A stretch of DNA of 64,000 bases from Heteronotia binoei (taxonomy: Eukaryota), in assembly GCF_032191835.1 (NCBI RefSeq), contig NC_083224.1, positions 96,348,001 to 96,412,000 on the forward strand, given 5' to 3'. The position numbers and the translations under genes were made by a program. Under the pieces are notes generated by a model. That model ran no database searches and had not been told where the DNA came from. It saw only the letters and a program-made list of their open reading frames with translations. Numbering within the stretch: the stretch's first letter is position 1; the number at the start of each line of letters is the position of its first letter. Shown here in pieces: positions 1 to 12,294 of this stretch.

Positions 1-1714
1 TCATAAGGGCCAATTCAGGGATTAAGGCCCTATGTGAACTTTGCTGCAGAATGCCTCCACACTGCAGCATTTTACATACAGACAAAAAAGATAATGCTTA
101 CAACAACTGACCACATTATTGTAACTCCTCATGTATCTCTCTCTGTACTGGCACCAAGGACTGTTCAGGAAGCACAGCACTTCCATGAAGATGGTTCATG
201 ATATCAGTCTGAACCATGTGGCATGCTTGTTAACACTGCAACACTTGTAAGCAGTAGTACTTGAAACAGCCTATTCCCAGTTTCTGAAATGGTGCCTTTG
301 TTCTAGTACTTAGCTGTCTTTTGTGGAAATCCTGTGCTTTCTGGGAATCAGCTCCTGAAGTTCAACAATTACAAGCTCTCATTTTGCAGAAGTGGTTCCC
401 TGGACAATTAGCATAGGATGAGGGAGAAAATGGATGGATTTTTTTCCCCCGATTTTTTCTTCCCAAAGTGCTGCTTGTATCCTGACCACTAGAGAGCAGA
501 AAGGGGGTGTGCAGTGCAGAAGGGCAGCAGAACTGGTCCTTTAGCGTGTTCTCTGGCCTATTCTTGGGTCAGGGCATGCATTTAATAGATCCACTATATT
601 GCAGGTCACTCTGCTGGAGTGAGACTAACTTTACAGCTGCGTAAGGCTATATGACTGCACTGAGATAGAAGGTACCGCTACGTGTTACAGCAGCTGCCCC
701 TTCAGTTCGGCTGCAGCACTGCCTCCTAATCTTGTGCCATCCTGGGTCCATATCAGCAGCAACTAGCCCTGCATTTGCCTCCCAGTTCAATGCTGCTGCT
801 AGGATTGGGACCCTAATTAGGGAGAGATTTCAAAGTCAAAATGGGAGAATCTGTTAAGTACAGCCACTTCTCCATGTGAGTGACACGCCATGTCAAGGAA
901 AAGGAATAAAAGGAAGGGTTGCAATTCCGGAGCTTCCAAGAGTCCTAATATAAAGTTCTCTGCTTTAAAGCCAGGCGACATGGCCTAGTTATTGCGTTGA
1001 AAGGCTTTGGAATGAAACTGCAGAGCGACACTCAAATCTTTCAAATAAGCCCAGCTTCATTTTGGCAGGTCCAGCAAGGCAGAGACACTGATTGCACGCA
1101 GAAGGGCAGGCCTCTTTATCTTGGAGGGAGACCTGCCTATTTTTAAACATTAGCTCCCAATCCCCAGTTCAGCCCTTTGTCTCTCTTGCCTTCGGAAGGA
1201 CAGATCAAACACCAGTCGCTCACCATTGTTTCTCTCCCAGCGAGAAGGATGCGGAGCTGTAATCTTCCCACAAAGCCACATGCTTCAAAGGAATCAAAAG
1301 TGCTTATTAAAAGTCCCGGGAAACTAATTTAATAACATCCCAAAGGGCTGGAAACATCAGCACCAGAGGCTCAAAATATAGGCAGGGGTGAGGGAGTATT
1401 TTATCTAGCCACAGATTCACAACAGCCTCCTGTGCTCAAGACCGAGTGTCTTCCATCTCTACATGGAAAGAATGTGCATTTGTTTTGTATCTTTAAATGC
1501 TTTCTCCTGCACTCTGACTACTGATCCTTCTTTGCCAGAACTACTTCTAAAACTTCATATCCACTCCAGGTATCCATCAGCCTGCAGGTACCCTAATGAA
1601 CTGATCAACAAGAGCAGCAGACTCCAGAACTTTTATTACACAAAGAGCAACAATGATGCCGTGTCTTTCTTTGGGCTGCAGTAGTCAGTCCCGCTCACAG
1701 ACAAGGATTAGTCA

Positions 1715-2260
1715 CATGAATATCTGACTATTTATAATCCTCCTTCCCTTCACCCTCTTCAAAAGTGGACCAACATGGTTTTCAATGAAATCAACAACAA
1801 AACAACAATAAATCAAGGAAAGGAAAGGTCCCCTGTGCAAGCACCAGTCGTTTCCAACTCTGGGGTGACGTTGCTTTCACAACGTTTTCATGGCAGACTT
1901 TTTACGGGGTGGTTTGCCATTGCTTTCCCCCGTCATCTACACTTTCCCCCCCAGCAAGCTGAGTACTCATTTTACCGACCTTGGAAGGATGGAAGGCTGA
2001 GTCAACCTAGAGCCAGCTACCTGAAAACCCAGCTTCCGCTGGGGATCGAACTCAGGTCGTGAGCAGAGCTTAGGACTGCAGTACTGCAGCTTTAACACTC
2101 TGTGCCACGGAGCTCTATTCAATAAATCAAAGCCCTACCTAATTTAAAACAAAACCCACAAATAAACCTCCAGCCCTTAACAACAACAGGGCCGCCTAAA
2201 AAGAATGGATTTCCAGGACATCCTAAAGGTCAGCAAGCCTTATTACTTGGTCAGTTCTGC
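1715..2260 (-). mobile_element. L2-type LINE 3' tail fragment, interrupted by a Sauria SINE
   Basis: Degenerate L2 tail-like sequence on both sides of the SINE; boundaries approximate. Confidence 0.4.
1817..2119 (-). mobile_element. Sauria SINE, full length, with 11-bp TSD
   Basis: tRNA-like head and BovB-like tail (GGAAGGATGGAAGGCTGAGTCAACC core); CAATAAATCAA duplicated at 1806-1816 and 2120-2130. Confidence 0.9.
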
Positions 2261-3059
2261 CTTATTACTCCGCAGTACTAATATGAATGCTTTCAATCGC
2301 TATCCATTATGAACACCAATGTAAGCTTAATAGAATGCTACGAAGAATTGCGGAAAAGCAGTAAATAGAAGTTTCATATAATTATATAAGATTACATAGT
2401 TACTAGGTATTGCTATCTCCTCATTGCTTGTATGAATACGATAAATCTCTTTCCAAAAAGAATGGTATTGTAAACTGATTCGAATTAAATGGAGAATTTT
2501 TGAAATACACTTATAGAATGTTTATTATGGTTACCTCGAATTACATAGTTTCATTCTCCTTAATTTCTCTGCAGGACTAATATGAATCTTTTCAAACGCT
2601 TTCCACTATGAACAATGTAAGCTTAATAGAATGCTATGTAGAATTCTTGTCTATTAGCAGGCCATCTGATGACATTGGAGATGTTACAGAAAAGACACAA
2701 GAGTATGCTGAGGCCATCCTAAGCACTATATGGGTAGCACAAGTAGCTGATCAGAGAGGCCTAAATGGCACATGGGGGGGGTTTGGTTTTTTTAAAGGAA
2801 GAGACAGTCCAAGACACGGCTTTAAAAATAAGCAGATCCTTGAAATTAGTCTAGAGACAAAGACAACCAATGAAGCTGTGTCAAAGTCAACATAACATTT
2901 ATAAATCAGCTGTTCCAGCCAAAAGGCAAGATGTCCTATTCTGTACGGCGAAGATAGCTCCATGTACAACATCATATATTATTCGTTTCAAAGTTAAAAT
3001 ACAGTAGATCAGCATAGTCATATCATCCTAAATTGGTAAAAAAAATGTTTGTGCCACCA

Positions 3060-3645
3060 TACCATTCTGTTTCCCTGTCAACAACAAATCCCTCATAAAG
3101 TCAGTTAACAAAATATTCATGCCATACTAATTAGCAACACCTTCCCTTTAAGAACCTTCCCAACTAGCATGACCGCCATCTTACTTGGATTCATCTTTAG
3201 CATGTTTCCCCTCAGGCACTTGGCCTTGGTATCCAAACACTGGCCAAAAGCACAGACAGCAGCTTTAATGAAATACAGAGTTGGGTATCATCAGCATATT
3301 GATGACAACCAATCCCAAACCTCCAGACAATCTCACCAGTCCAATATAAAAAACACTAATAACAGGATAGAGCCCTGTGGGACCCTGCAAGAAAGTTCCC
3401 AATCATCATTCTTTGAATACAATCAGATAAAAACAAGCAGTTCAACTCCGACTCCAAAGGATGTAAAAAAAAAAAAGCTGCTTACATTATCAAAGGCTGC
3501 AGATAAATCAAGGACGCAGTCACTGCCTGCTGAATTAACTAATGCTGCCATCTCCATTCCAAATCAGATTGGAAACTGGATTGAACAGCATCAAGGACTG
3601 ATCCAGAAACACCTGAAGTTGTTTTTCCTACCATCTACTCAGTCA
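3060..3645 (-). mobile_element. Degraded L2 LINE reverse-transcriptase fragment
   Basis: Minus strand encodes VLDLSAAFD (~3490-3520) and CHQYADDTQL (~3280-3310), with frameshifts. Confidence 0.8.
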
Positions 3646-3660
3646 CTCTGACCAACAAAT

Positions 3661-3848
3661 AGGTCAGATAAAAGGAAGTAAAAGTCAGATAAAAGGTCAG
3701 ATAAAAGGAAGTACTTCTTCACCCAAAGGGTGATTAACATGTGGAATTCACTGCCACAGGAGGTGGTGGCGGCCACAAGCATGGCCACCTTCAAGAGGGG
3801 TTTAGATAAAAATATGGAGCAGAGGTCCATTAGTGGCTATTAGCCACA

Positions 3849-3882
<34 letters not shown>

Positions 3883-3972
3883 AAAATTTTGGCCACTGTG
3901 TGAGACAGAGTGTTGGACTGGATGGGCCATTGGCCTGATCCAACATGGCTTCTCTTATGTTCTTATGTTCTT
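3661..3972 (+). mobile_element. CR1 LINE 3' end containing a (GT)n(AT)n microsatellite
   Basis: Encodes KRKYFFTQRVINMWNSLPQEVVAATS; 3' UTR GGCCACTGTGTGAGACAG..., ending in TTCTTATG repeats. Confidence 0.9.
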
Positions 3973-4199
3973 AAATGGAAGATTAGTTGCACCACAGATG
4001 TATACAAAGGCATTACAATACTGGACTTTTTAAAATTGCTATTTAGAGAAGAGGCACTATAGTCTCAAGGCCTGGTACAGGGCAGAAAAATGTCTGCAGT
4101 ACAGAATGACTAATGCTCATGTAATATCACCATCAATGTAGATATTAAGTGCTCTTTATAACTAATCAATTGTCCAAATTGGTGGCATTTCCACATCCT

Positions 4200-4328
4200 A
4201 CCTCTATTCCTTGCTGTTGGCTCTATGCTCTGCTGCTGTCCCTCCTGAGGAACTGGTTGGCCACTGTATGAGACAGAATGCTGGACTAGATGGATCACTG
4301 GTCTGATCCAGCAGGACTCTTCTTATGA
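4200..4328 (+). mobile_element. CR1 3' UTR fragment
   Basis: GGTTGGCCACTGTATGAGACAGAATGCTGGACTAGATGG...TCTTCTTATG. Confidence 0.7.
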
Positions 4329-4439
4329 TCAGGTGTGCAGTTTAGGGATTCTTTTAAATCAATCTTGAAGACTGGATGCTCAGGTAGCATCAGCTGCACA
4401 AACTGCTTGTTATGAACTGGGGCTGGTGTCACAACAGTC

Positions 4440-4625
4440 CAGGGTAGCCAGATCTTGCAAGTTAAGCAGGGTTTGCTCTAGTTAGTGACTGAATGAGAGA
4501 CCACCAAGGAATTTCAGGGTCACTATGGAAAGGAAGGCACTGGCAAATCACCCGAGTTAGTCTCTTTCCTTGAAAACCCTATGGGGTCACTGTAAGTTGG
4601 CTGCAACTTGACAGCACTTTACAAA
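4440..4625 (+). mobile_element. 5S rRNA-derived SINE (5S-Sauria-like)
   Basis: 5S-like head GATCTTGCAAGTTAAGCAGGG...GAGAGACCACC plus BovB-like tail CTTGAAAACCCTATGGGGTCAC. Confidence 0.7.
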
Positions 4626-4629
4626 CACA

Positions 4630-5290
4630 CACACACACAGTATGTGCTATGTACCCATGCAATACAATGCAGTGCACCTATGAAGGTTATTCAGAAACTG
4701 TAGCTGGTACAGAAATGACAGCCTGACAGCCAATTACGACTGTATGGAATGTGTTTTTAGTAGGGATGGGCATGAACCAGGGAAAATTGAACAGGTTCCA
4801 TTTAAACAGCTCTCATAGGTGGCTTGTGTGCAAAAGCCGTTTAAATGGAACCCTTCTGATTTCCCCTGGTTCATTCCCATCCCTAGTTTTGATGGTATCA
4901 AAAGATTGTTTATTCATTTCAAGCACAATTCAGTGTTGGTATAAAACTATCTATCTAGGAACAGGATATCTTAAAGACTACTTGCTCCTGCATGAACTTG
5001 CCTTACAGTGAATATCTAAAGCCCTTCTCTCTCTAAGTACTCCTGCCTTCAAAGGTAGATGATGGTAACCAGAGAGAAGCCTCTTCTGTGATGGTGCCCC
5101 AGTGCTGAAATCCCCACCCTTGCCAAGTTCATAAACATTTGTTCAGGTAAAGTTCATCCTGACGACCCATGCATTTAACCTGTGCTTCCACTTCTTTTAA
5201 CAACTTGGTTTTCTGCTGAATTTTAATATCTGTTTTTAGCTCGGTATATTTTCTTACTAGATTTTGTACTGCTGTTTTCAATTTTTTTTT
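4630..5290 (+). mobile_element. Degraded L2 3' fragment, split by a MITE
   Basis: CAGAAACTGTAGCTGGTACAGAAATGACAGCC (degenerate QKLQLVQN motif) and an L2 tail-like segment at 5030-5290. Confidence 0.5.
4761..4885. mobile_element. 125-bp hairpin MITE (TAGGGATGGGCA TIR family)
   Basis: TAGGGATGGGCATGAACCAGGG ... CCCTGGTTCATTCCCATCCCTA inverted termini. Confidence 0.75.
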
Positions 5291-5859
5291 AGCAACCTTG
5301 ACTGACTTGTGGCAGGAAGATGGATTAAAATAGACTAGGGCCTAGCAGGAGGCAAAGAATGGCATGAATGACTCTGTGTCTTTTCATGTTTGGTCAGACT
5401 CTGCTCTATCTTAGCTACCTGTTAAAGGTCTATTTGTATTAGTCTAGCAGCAGCCTATTCCATGCAACACAGAGACAGTGATAAACATGACAGAATAACA
5501 CAGAGGATATACAAGGAAGAGAAAAACTGTCAAATGAGCAAGCACTTAGGACAAGGATGGGCAAACTTTCAATATTAGGGCTCTTGCACCATTAATAGTT
5601 GTGCCAAAAATTGAACCTGCAAGATTTTTCTTCATCTATACAACTATTAGTATTTACGGGAGATAATCCATCCAACTTGCTGAGTAAGGCTTTTTACAAA
5701 TTTGCAACCAAACCAAAGACTTAGCAGTCATTCTGAGAAGCATGTTGGAGTGACAATCCTTAGAGGGGCTAGTCCATTCAGATTCCACTCCTGGACAAAG
5801 TCTGGAACTGTTGTCCAGTTTACCTTTTCTTTTAATACTTAGTATTTTTATTGCCAAAT

Positions 5860-5992
5860 GAAGAATTGAGCCTGCAGATGAAAAACTAAGCCTGAGAGAG
5901 AGAATGGCTTGCCTGCCACTTACCGAGTTCATGGCAGAAGTGAAATTTGAACCAGGGATTTTAAGAACTGCAGCTCAGTCTCTTAGCCACCA
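5860..5992 (-). mobile_element. MIR/Ther1-like SINE fragment
   Basis: GAAATTTGAACCAGGG...CTCTTAGCCACCA is the reverse complement of a tRNA-like head. Confidence 0.5.
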
Positions 5993-6989
5993 TGCAACGC
6001 CAGCTCATAGATGCATATTACAGAGATGGGATAGTAACGTCACCAGAATGTGTGTGCATGCATTTTTCTAAGCACAGATACAAGACAAAAAAGGAGACAG
6101 TGATGGAAAGAAATGTGAGGAAACTGAGAAATACCATTTGGCCATACACTACAAACAGCCCAGTCCTTCTGGATTTTGGTCTTGACTGCTAACACTGCAA
6201 CTGCACTACTGGATGCAAGCTCTAAAGCCAGATGACTATAGGGCTGCCTGAAGCACAATATTTGAAGCCTGATATATAGAAGTCAAAGTGAAGCACATCA
6301 TTTCACTTCTAAGCCTGCACTGATTTAGAATTGCTTAACCAGTTTGTTCAACCCCACGTGAGATTCTCAGTGTAACAACATGATTTCATGGGATTTAGAA
6401 CAGGGTGAAGACTATTCATGTAGAGCCATTTAGTTACATCCTTTTAATATATTATAAGCCTCTTCTTAAATGGTGAGCTTCAAATCGTATAGATCATGAA
6501 ACCCCTGAGAATGATCAGGCCTAGAAACACCATCCCTTGGCGCTGGAGTTGTGGGCACAGAATATCTCTTACAAACTTGGCTTTCACAGAACTCTCCTCT
6601 GAAGGGTGAACACAGGGAAGCAGCCACCAGCTGCCATTGTCTGAAGGGGTGTTGATCAGAGGAGAGGCCAGTTCAGGCTGCCAGAGCTAGCTCCCTTTGA
6701 GCAGGGGAGAGAATAGACATGTTGGCCCCCATTAGCAGGCTGCTTCACTCTGGATCATTAAATATGTATATCTTATTACACGCCTTGTTAGAGGATCGAG
6801 CTCTATTGACTGATAATAAATTCCAAGCCTCATCCCAGCCATAAATTTATCTGGAGACGATGAAGACTCAATAATCTAGTCATGCAGATAATATGATAGG
6901 GCCTTAAAAAGATCATTACATTGGATGTCAAAATTAAAAGTGAAATACACTTTATTAATACTGTTTCCACACTCGGCCCTGTTACTTGT

Positions 6990-7690
6990 TATATTCTGCA
7001 TTTCCGCCCACCCAGCCCTACTGACTGATGACTTGAGACCAGGTAAAACAAGCCCCAGGCCTTCTGGAATTCTGTGAACAGCTGCTAGTGCAATATTTTT
7101 CTCTCTACAGTGACAACTGTCAGGCACAAGACTACTTGGAAGTGACTTCACCTGCTTTGAAAGTCTCCCCATTTCAGATACATGGGAGCTATTTGTGCCT
7201 AGAGAGATCAGCATCTGAGGCCTTGCTTCACTTCCCTCTGTCTTTGGAGGCAAGGTGCACAGTAAAAAGGAACAGGCACTTTTCATCTTTAGCAGTGAAC
7301 TCTACCTTACCTGGTACCAGATTCACTCTCTTACCAATGCTAGTGAAGACATGTTTATTCTCCAAGGCTTTTAGGTAAGACCACTCCTTTTACCATTATT
7401 CACCCCTCTTGGAATCATTATCCTCTTTATTTACCAATGTTTTTGGCTAGCTTTAAACTGGATTTTAGTTATGTTGTTTTAATTTTTACTGATTAGTTGC
7501 TAATTTGAATTGTTTGTTGGTTTTAATTTGCTGCTATTAGTTTTGCATCTGTCTGTTGTTTTTATGACTTGCAAATTAAATTTTTAATCACTCTGTTTAT
7601 GTGATTTTAATTGCATGATATTTGTTAGCAGCCTCAGGAAGCAGTTATCTGGTTACTCGGTTGGATACAAATATGATAAATAAATAATTC
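6990..7690 (+). mobile_element. Degraded L2 LINE 3' end
   Basis: L2-like 3' coding remnant and T-rich 3' UTR ending GATACAAATATGATAAATAAATAA. Confidence 0.55.
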
Positions 7691-8904
7691 AATGGTGATG
7701 GAATTTTTAAAAAAAAATAATTCCCAGAAGTCACTCTTTTCAGATGTGCATTCCAAGGCCATGACCTGGCTTTCAAAATGTGTTCCGCAGCCAAACCTAG
7801 TGAGTCCTGGCTCAAATTCAGCCCTGCTATGCCTCTCTTATTATCTAAGATTGAAGCAGGCTGCAGCAGCCAATAGAAACACGGCACATGCTGTATCACA
7901 CAAACTCATTCAGCTCAACTACTGCAAAACATGTCCTGAGGCAGCTGCCAGAGGGTATAATCTGTGAACTGCAGCCAGTGCCAAGGCCTCAAAGACAGCA
8001 GTACAGAAGCTCGGAGGCTTCAGGCCACCCAATACCTTCCAGTCCCCACCTACCCCTCCAGGCAAGATTTCTTGCTTCTAATCAGAAGGTCACAACCATT
8101 TAAACCCCTTTGATTAGGGCTGGCGGCTCCTGCTCTTCTTGTATTGGCCCCACTGGCCTCTTTGTGCTCCTGCCTCCAGATCAATTGGATATATCAAGTT
8201 TAAAGTGGTTCCACCAAGGGCTCACGCACTTCAATTCCACTATACACACCCCCCTTCCCACCTTTCTCTCCAGACAAACAAGGTGGAGGGCACACGAATC
8301 GATAAGGCAGCACAGATCAGCTGCCAGGAAACCAATCGCAGATCAGATTGAAACTGACTTCTGCTTGTATCTTACCAGCTCTCTCTACAATAGATTGGCT
8401 TGAAAAATCCGATGGAAAAGGAAGACAAAAGGGGAGGGGGGATCCGATAATACTCCTTGCCACAGCCACTCTAATCTGTGACAGCCTGAGGATTTGCTGA
8501 AAACCATTATCACATCACAGCCTCCCTCCTCTCCTCCTCCGATAAAGCCTTGGCTAATCTGTTTGTTGCAAGGACTGAACAAATGCACTTAGCGCAACAA
8601 GGAATGGGGGATTTCCCCGCCCCCCCCCCCCAAATGTGAAGAAGACCTGGGCAGGTTGAGGAGTCTCTTTCAGGAAATGACCCTAGGCTAAGGTTGGTTG
8701 GATGGTCGCACGGAAGATGCATCCCGCTTTTCTGTACAAGGCAACTTGACTTGACAGATCTATAGGACAAACAATGCGAACATAAAACAGTGACAATGAC
8801 TAACACATTCTTAGGCTCTTTGAAAAATTCTGGTCAGGCCAATGAAAGCAGAGATTTCTCAGATGCAATGATGACCCTAAAAGTGCTATTACCCAGTCTG
8901 AAGT

Positions 8905-9124
8905 AGCCAGAGTGTGGTTAGTGTCAGACTAGGATCTGGGAAACCCTCGTTCAAATCCAAACTCTGCCATGGAAACTCACTGGATGACCTGGGATAGTCA
9001 CATGTTCTCAACCTAACCTACCTCGGAAGGCTGCTGTGAGGATAAAATGCAGTCAAAGAGAATGATGTAAGCTGCTTTGGGTTCCCACTGGGGAAAAAGG
9101 TGGGATATAAATGAAATAAATAAA
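8905..9124 (+). mobile_element. MIR/Squam3-like tRNA SINE
   Basis: GTGGTTAGTGTCAGACTAGGATCTGGG...GTTCAAATCC head, CORE-like body, AAAT tail. Confidence 0.75.
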
Positions 9125-10372
9125 TCCAAGAAATAACTTCCATCTGTTACTCATTGGCGGATTTCTTTCTCAGACTAAAGTCTGCTGGCAGTGAAAAATG
9201 CATCCTTCCTTGGGAAGCTTTCCATAACAATTGATTACATTGTCTATTATTGAGGCTCAGATGATGGGGAGAATCTTTGAGCAGGTGCAGAGTGCCCTTC
9301 CTTGCCTTACCACTAAGTACAGATGGCACATGTTCCCTAAAAAAAGAAAACAAAACCCTTCTAGAATTAGAAGACAACGTTCCAGACAGATCTGAACTTT
9401 GGATAAATCACAATTTCTCCAACATGGCCATGTGTCATGCCTGCTTTGCAGGAAGTTTGTCAGAGCGAGAATACCGACTCCCTCCAATGTCACCACACTT
9501 TGCCCTTGATGCACCATGTAGAGGAGGCCTTACAGCTGCACTATTATAGAGTTCTTTGCAAATCTTCAGACTCCAGCAGCCCATAACTAATGGTATGTAG
9601 CTAGGCCCATTTAGAACCTACTTTCCTAAGCACAATCCAGTATGGCAGGCACTGGCAGACTACAAGAGCCATACCTGAGCTCCAGACTGCAACGCCCTCT
9701 GGTGTCTCTTTGTGCCTGCTTCTGTGGCCGTGAAGCAAAGCAACAAGAATGTGCAGAGCTATTTTTCTTTCCAGAATCTCATGCCTTCGGGCAATCAGTT
9801 AACCCAAGTGTCATCTCCCCTCCTTTCTCCATGTAAAATAATGCTCAACAAAGCTGGGTGGGCGCAGGGCAGCATTGCTGCAGTATGTCAAACAGAAGGA
9901 CATTTTCCTTCTATCTCAGCTGCTGCTCCAGGGTACATTCCACCTACATTCAATCTTTACTCCACTACACATGTTTCCTCTCCAGTCTCGGATTATTTTT
10001 TATCATCAAATTACTGCAGCGATAAGATATGACTCAATGTGATCGCAAGTGAACCCCCCCCCCCACCTCACTGCCTTTCCCCATCCCAGCATCACCCACC
10101 CTGCCTGTATCAGGATCAGGCAGAGTGTTTTATTCAAATGTCATCAGGGGGTGAAGAGATGCCCAGCGGCTGCCTCATCCACTGGCTGAGACCAAACAGC
10201 AAATGACAGCGAACGCCTGGGCAATGGAAGCAGCTGTTAGCAAGTTAGCCTGGCTCTGCCGAGGTCTTTGTGGGGCAGCAAGGAACTTTCACACCATTCA
10301 CCAGACTCTCTTATCAAGAATTCAGCTGGGACCACTGTAAGCCAAAATGCCCTCAAAATGAGGATGGGGAAT

Positions 10373-11787
10373 TGTCAGGTGGGCACCTGGCTCGCTCAGG
10401 ATCTTTTTACCTGTGTATACAGGATTCCATGTCCAGAAAAGTAATGCTTAAAATATTAGAGACTCTAATTAAGTAAAACAATTATAATCTATTAAGAAGA
10501 ATATAAGCTTCCATACAAGACAAAATACTCATAAAAACACACATTCAGTTCTAGGAAACATAGATAGAGAGATAGGGGAACATATGGGTAGACAAACAGG
10601 GCGATATTTACCTATCGTAGTCTTCGAGGAAGGCTCCAATGGCAACAAGCAAGGAAGTGGGAGAAGGGACCCAAAACTGATCAGGAATCAGGGATGGATC
10701 TATGCAGCGGAAGTTGGGATACCGATAGAAGCACACCTGTGGGTAGCTAGTCCACAGATTATAAGGACTCTCTTGAGCCCTCAGGGAATGGGAGGTACAA
10801 GGGAGGAGGAAGGTGGTCAGCTGGTGCGTGACCTCATGAAAAGGGGAGGCTTCGCAGTGACCATAAGGGCTGGGCTACTGCGACAACCAATAGAAAGTTC
10901 ATTGGTGTCACCTAATTGGGTGCTTGCTCTTGACCAATGGACTGTCCTGGATCCTGGATACCTGAGAGAACTTTCAGGTTGAAATGGACCAGGGGGAGAC
11001 TCCAAAGTGACAGTTAGGGAGAAGAATGGAAAGATTACTTGGGTGGGGAGATACTTATGACTATCGGACTTGTCTAAAAGGGTGACAATAGAGAGTCAAA
11101 TCATGGCCTAGGTAACACCCAGTCTATACAAAGGAACTTGGCTCTGGCTGAAAATGGTCTTCCTCTTCTTCTGTCTTCTTCTGGGCACCAGTCTTTGTCT
11201 AGAGTTCCGTTAAACAAAGAAAGTGGCGGTTGGACGATTTAACCACTCCTGAGGCATAGGTGACATCTGGTGTGTATGTGAGCCGTTCGCTTCGCTAGAA
11301 TGGAGTCAAGCTTGGTAGGAAGATGGCTGCGTGTGGTGTTAGCCCTCCACGGTGGATTCCATGGTCAGAACTTCATAACCTTTCGCCTGGATAGCTCCTG
11401 GCAGCGCAGTTTCCTCCGCTCCAATGCTGGGATGGTTGTCATACAGAACAATGGGAAACCATCCGTTCTCCTAATGGACACTCTTATACCGGTTTAGTGT
11501 GTCTTAGTGGCGTCATGGCTGCTTGTACTGCATAAATCCCTTTTGCCCCTGGATAGGTTTACCCACACTCTCTGGCCAGACGTATGCGAGTCACTTCTCC
11601 ATGTGCTCTGGCAACCAAACTGGTAATCACGATGTTCTATAAGGGGGCTTTTCCTCACACCAGCAAAAAAGGATACATGCAGAGGAGCAATAGAACAGGC
11701 CAGAAATAAAATTCAGTTACCAACACAGGGTACAATGCAGAAACAGGCAAAAGACAATTTGTATAATCTAACCCAATGTGAACTTCA
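10373..11787 (-). mobile_element. 1415-bp solo LTR (ERV-L/spuma-like or Gypsy class) with 5-bp TSD
   Basis: TG...CA termini; GGAAT at 10368-10372 and 11788-11792; CCAAT boxes near 10886-10940; TATAA-like motif ~10760 on minus strand; orientation inferred. Confidence 0.65.
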
Positions 11788-11973
11788 GGAATACCAACCT
11801 AGGATACTTGCTGTATGGTCTCCTGCTACTCTTAAATTAATTTCCATAACAACATTTGCAAGGAGATTTATGAAGAAATCCCGATAAGTGCCTGGCTTGT
11901 GCCTATGAAGTCTTTTGCTTAACCCCTTAGTCCTTACTTCCAATCAAAGCAAAACCTACAGGCAACTGCCTTG

Positions 11974-12247
11974 AAGAAGAAGACTGCAGATTTATACCCC
12001 GCCCTTCTCTCTGAATCAGCTATTCAGAGTGGCTTACAATCTCCTATATCTTCTCCCCCCACAACAGACACCCTGTGAGGTAGGTGGGGCTGAGAGGGCT
12101 CTCACAGCAGCTGCCCTTTCAAGAACAACTACTGCAAGAGCTATGGCTAACCCAAGGCCATTCCAGCAGCTGCAAGTGCAGGAGTGGGGAATCAAACCTG
12201 GTTCTCCCAGATAAGAGTCCGCACACTTCACCACTACACCAGACTGG
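11974..12247 (-). mobile_element. Squam3-like SINE
   Basis: Reverse complement of GGTGTAGTGGT...CTTATCTGGGAGAACC head; CTC tail GAAGAAGAAG. Confidence 0.85.
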
Positions 12248-12294
12248 CTCTTCATCTGGTGTCACTCCATCACTCTGCCTTCCAGGTTGATTTC

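Noticed and set aside
4440-4625. Possible 5S rRNA or tRNA genes
   Set aside because: The 5S- and tRNA-like segments are diverged SINE heads joined to LINE-like tails; no complete structural RNA
10610-10740. Minus-strand exon-like stretch (VCFYRYPNFRCIDP...) with AG/GT ends
   Set aside because: Lies inside the TSD-bounded solo LTR; better explained as LTR R-region sequence
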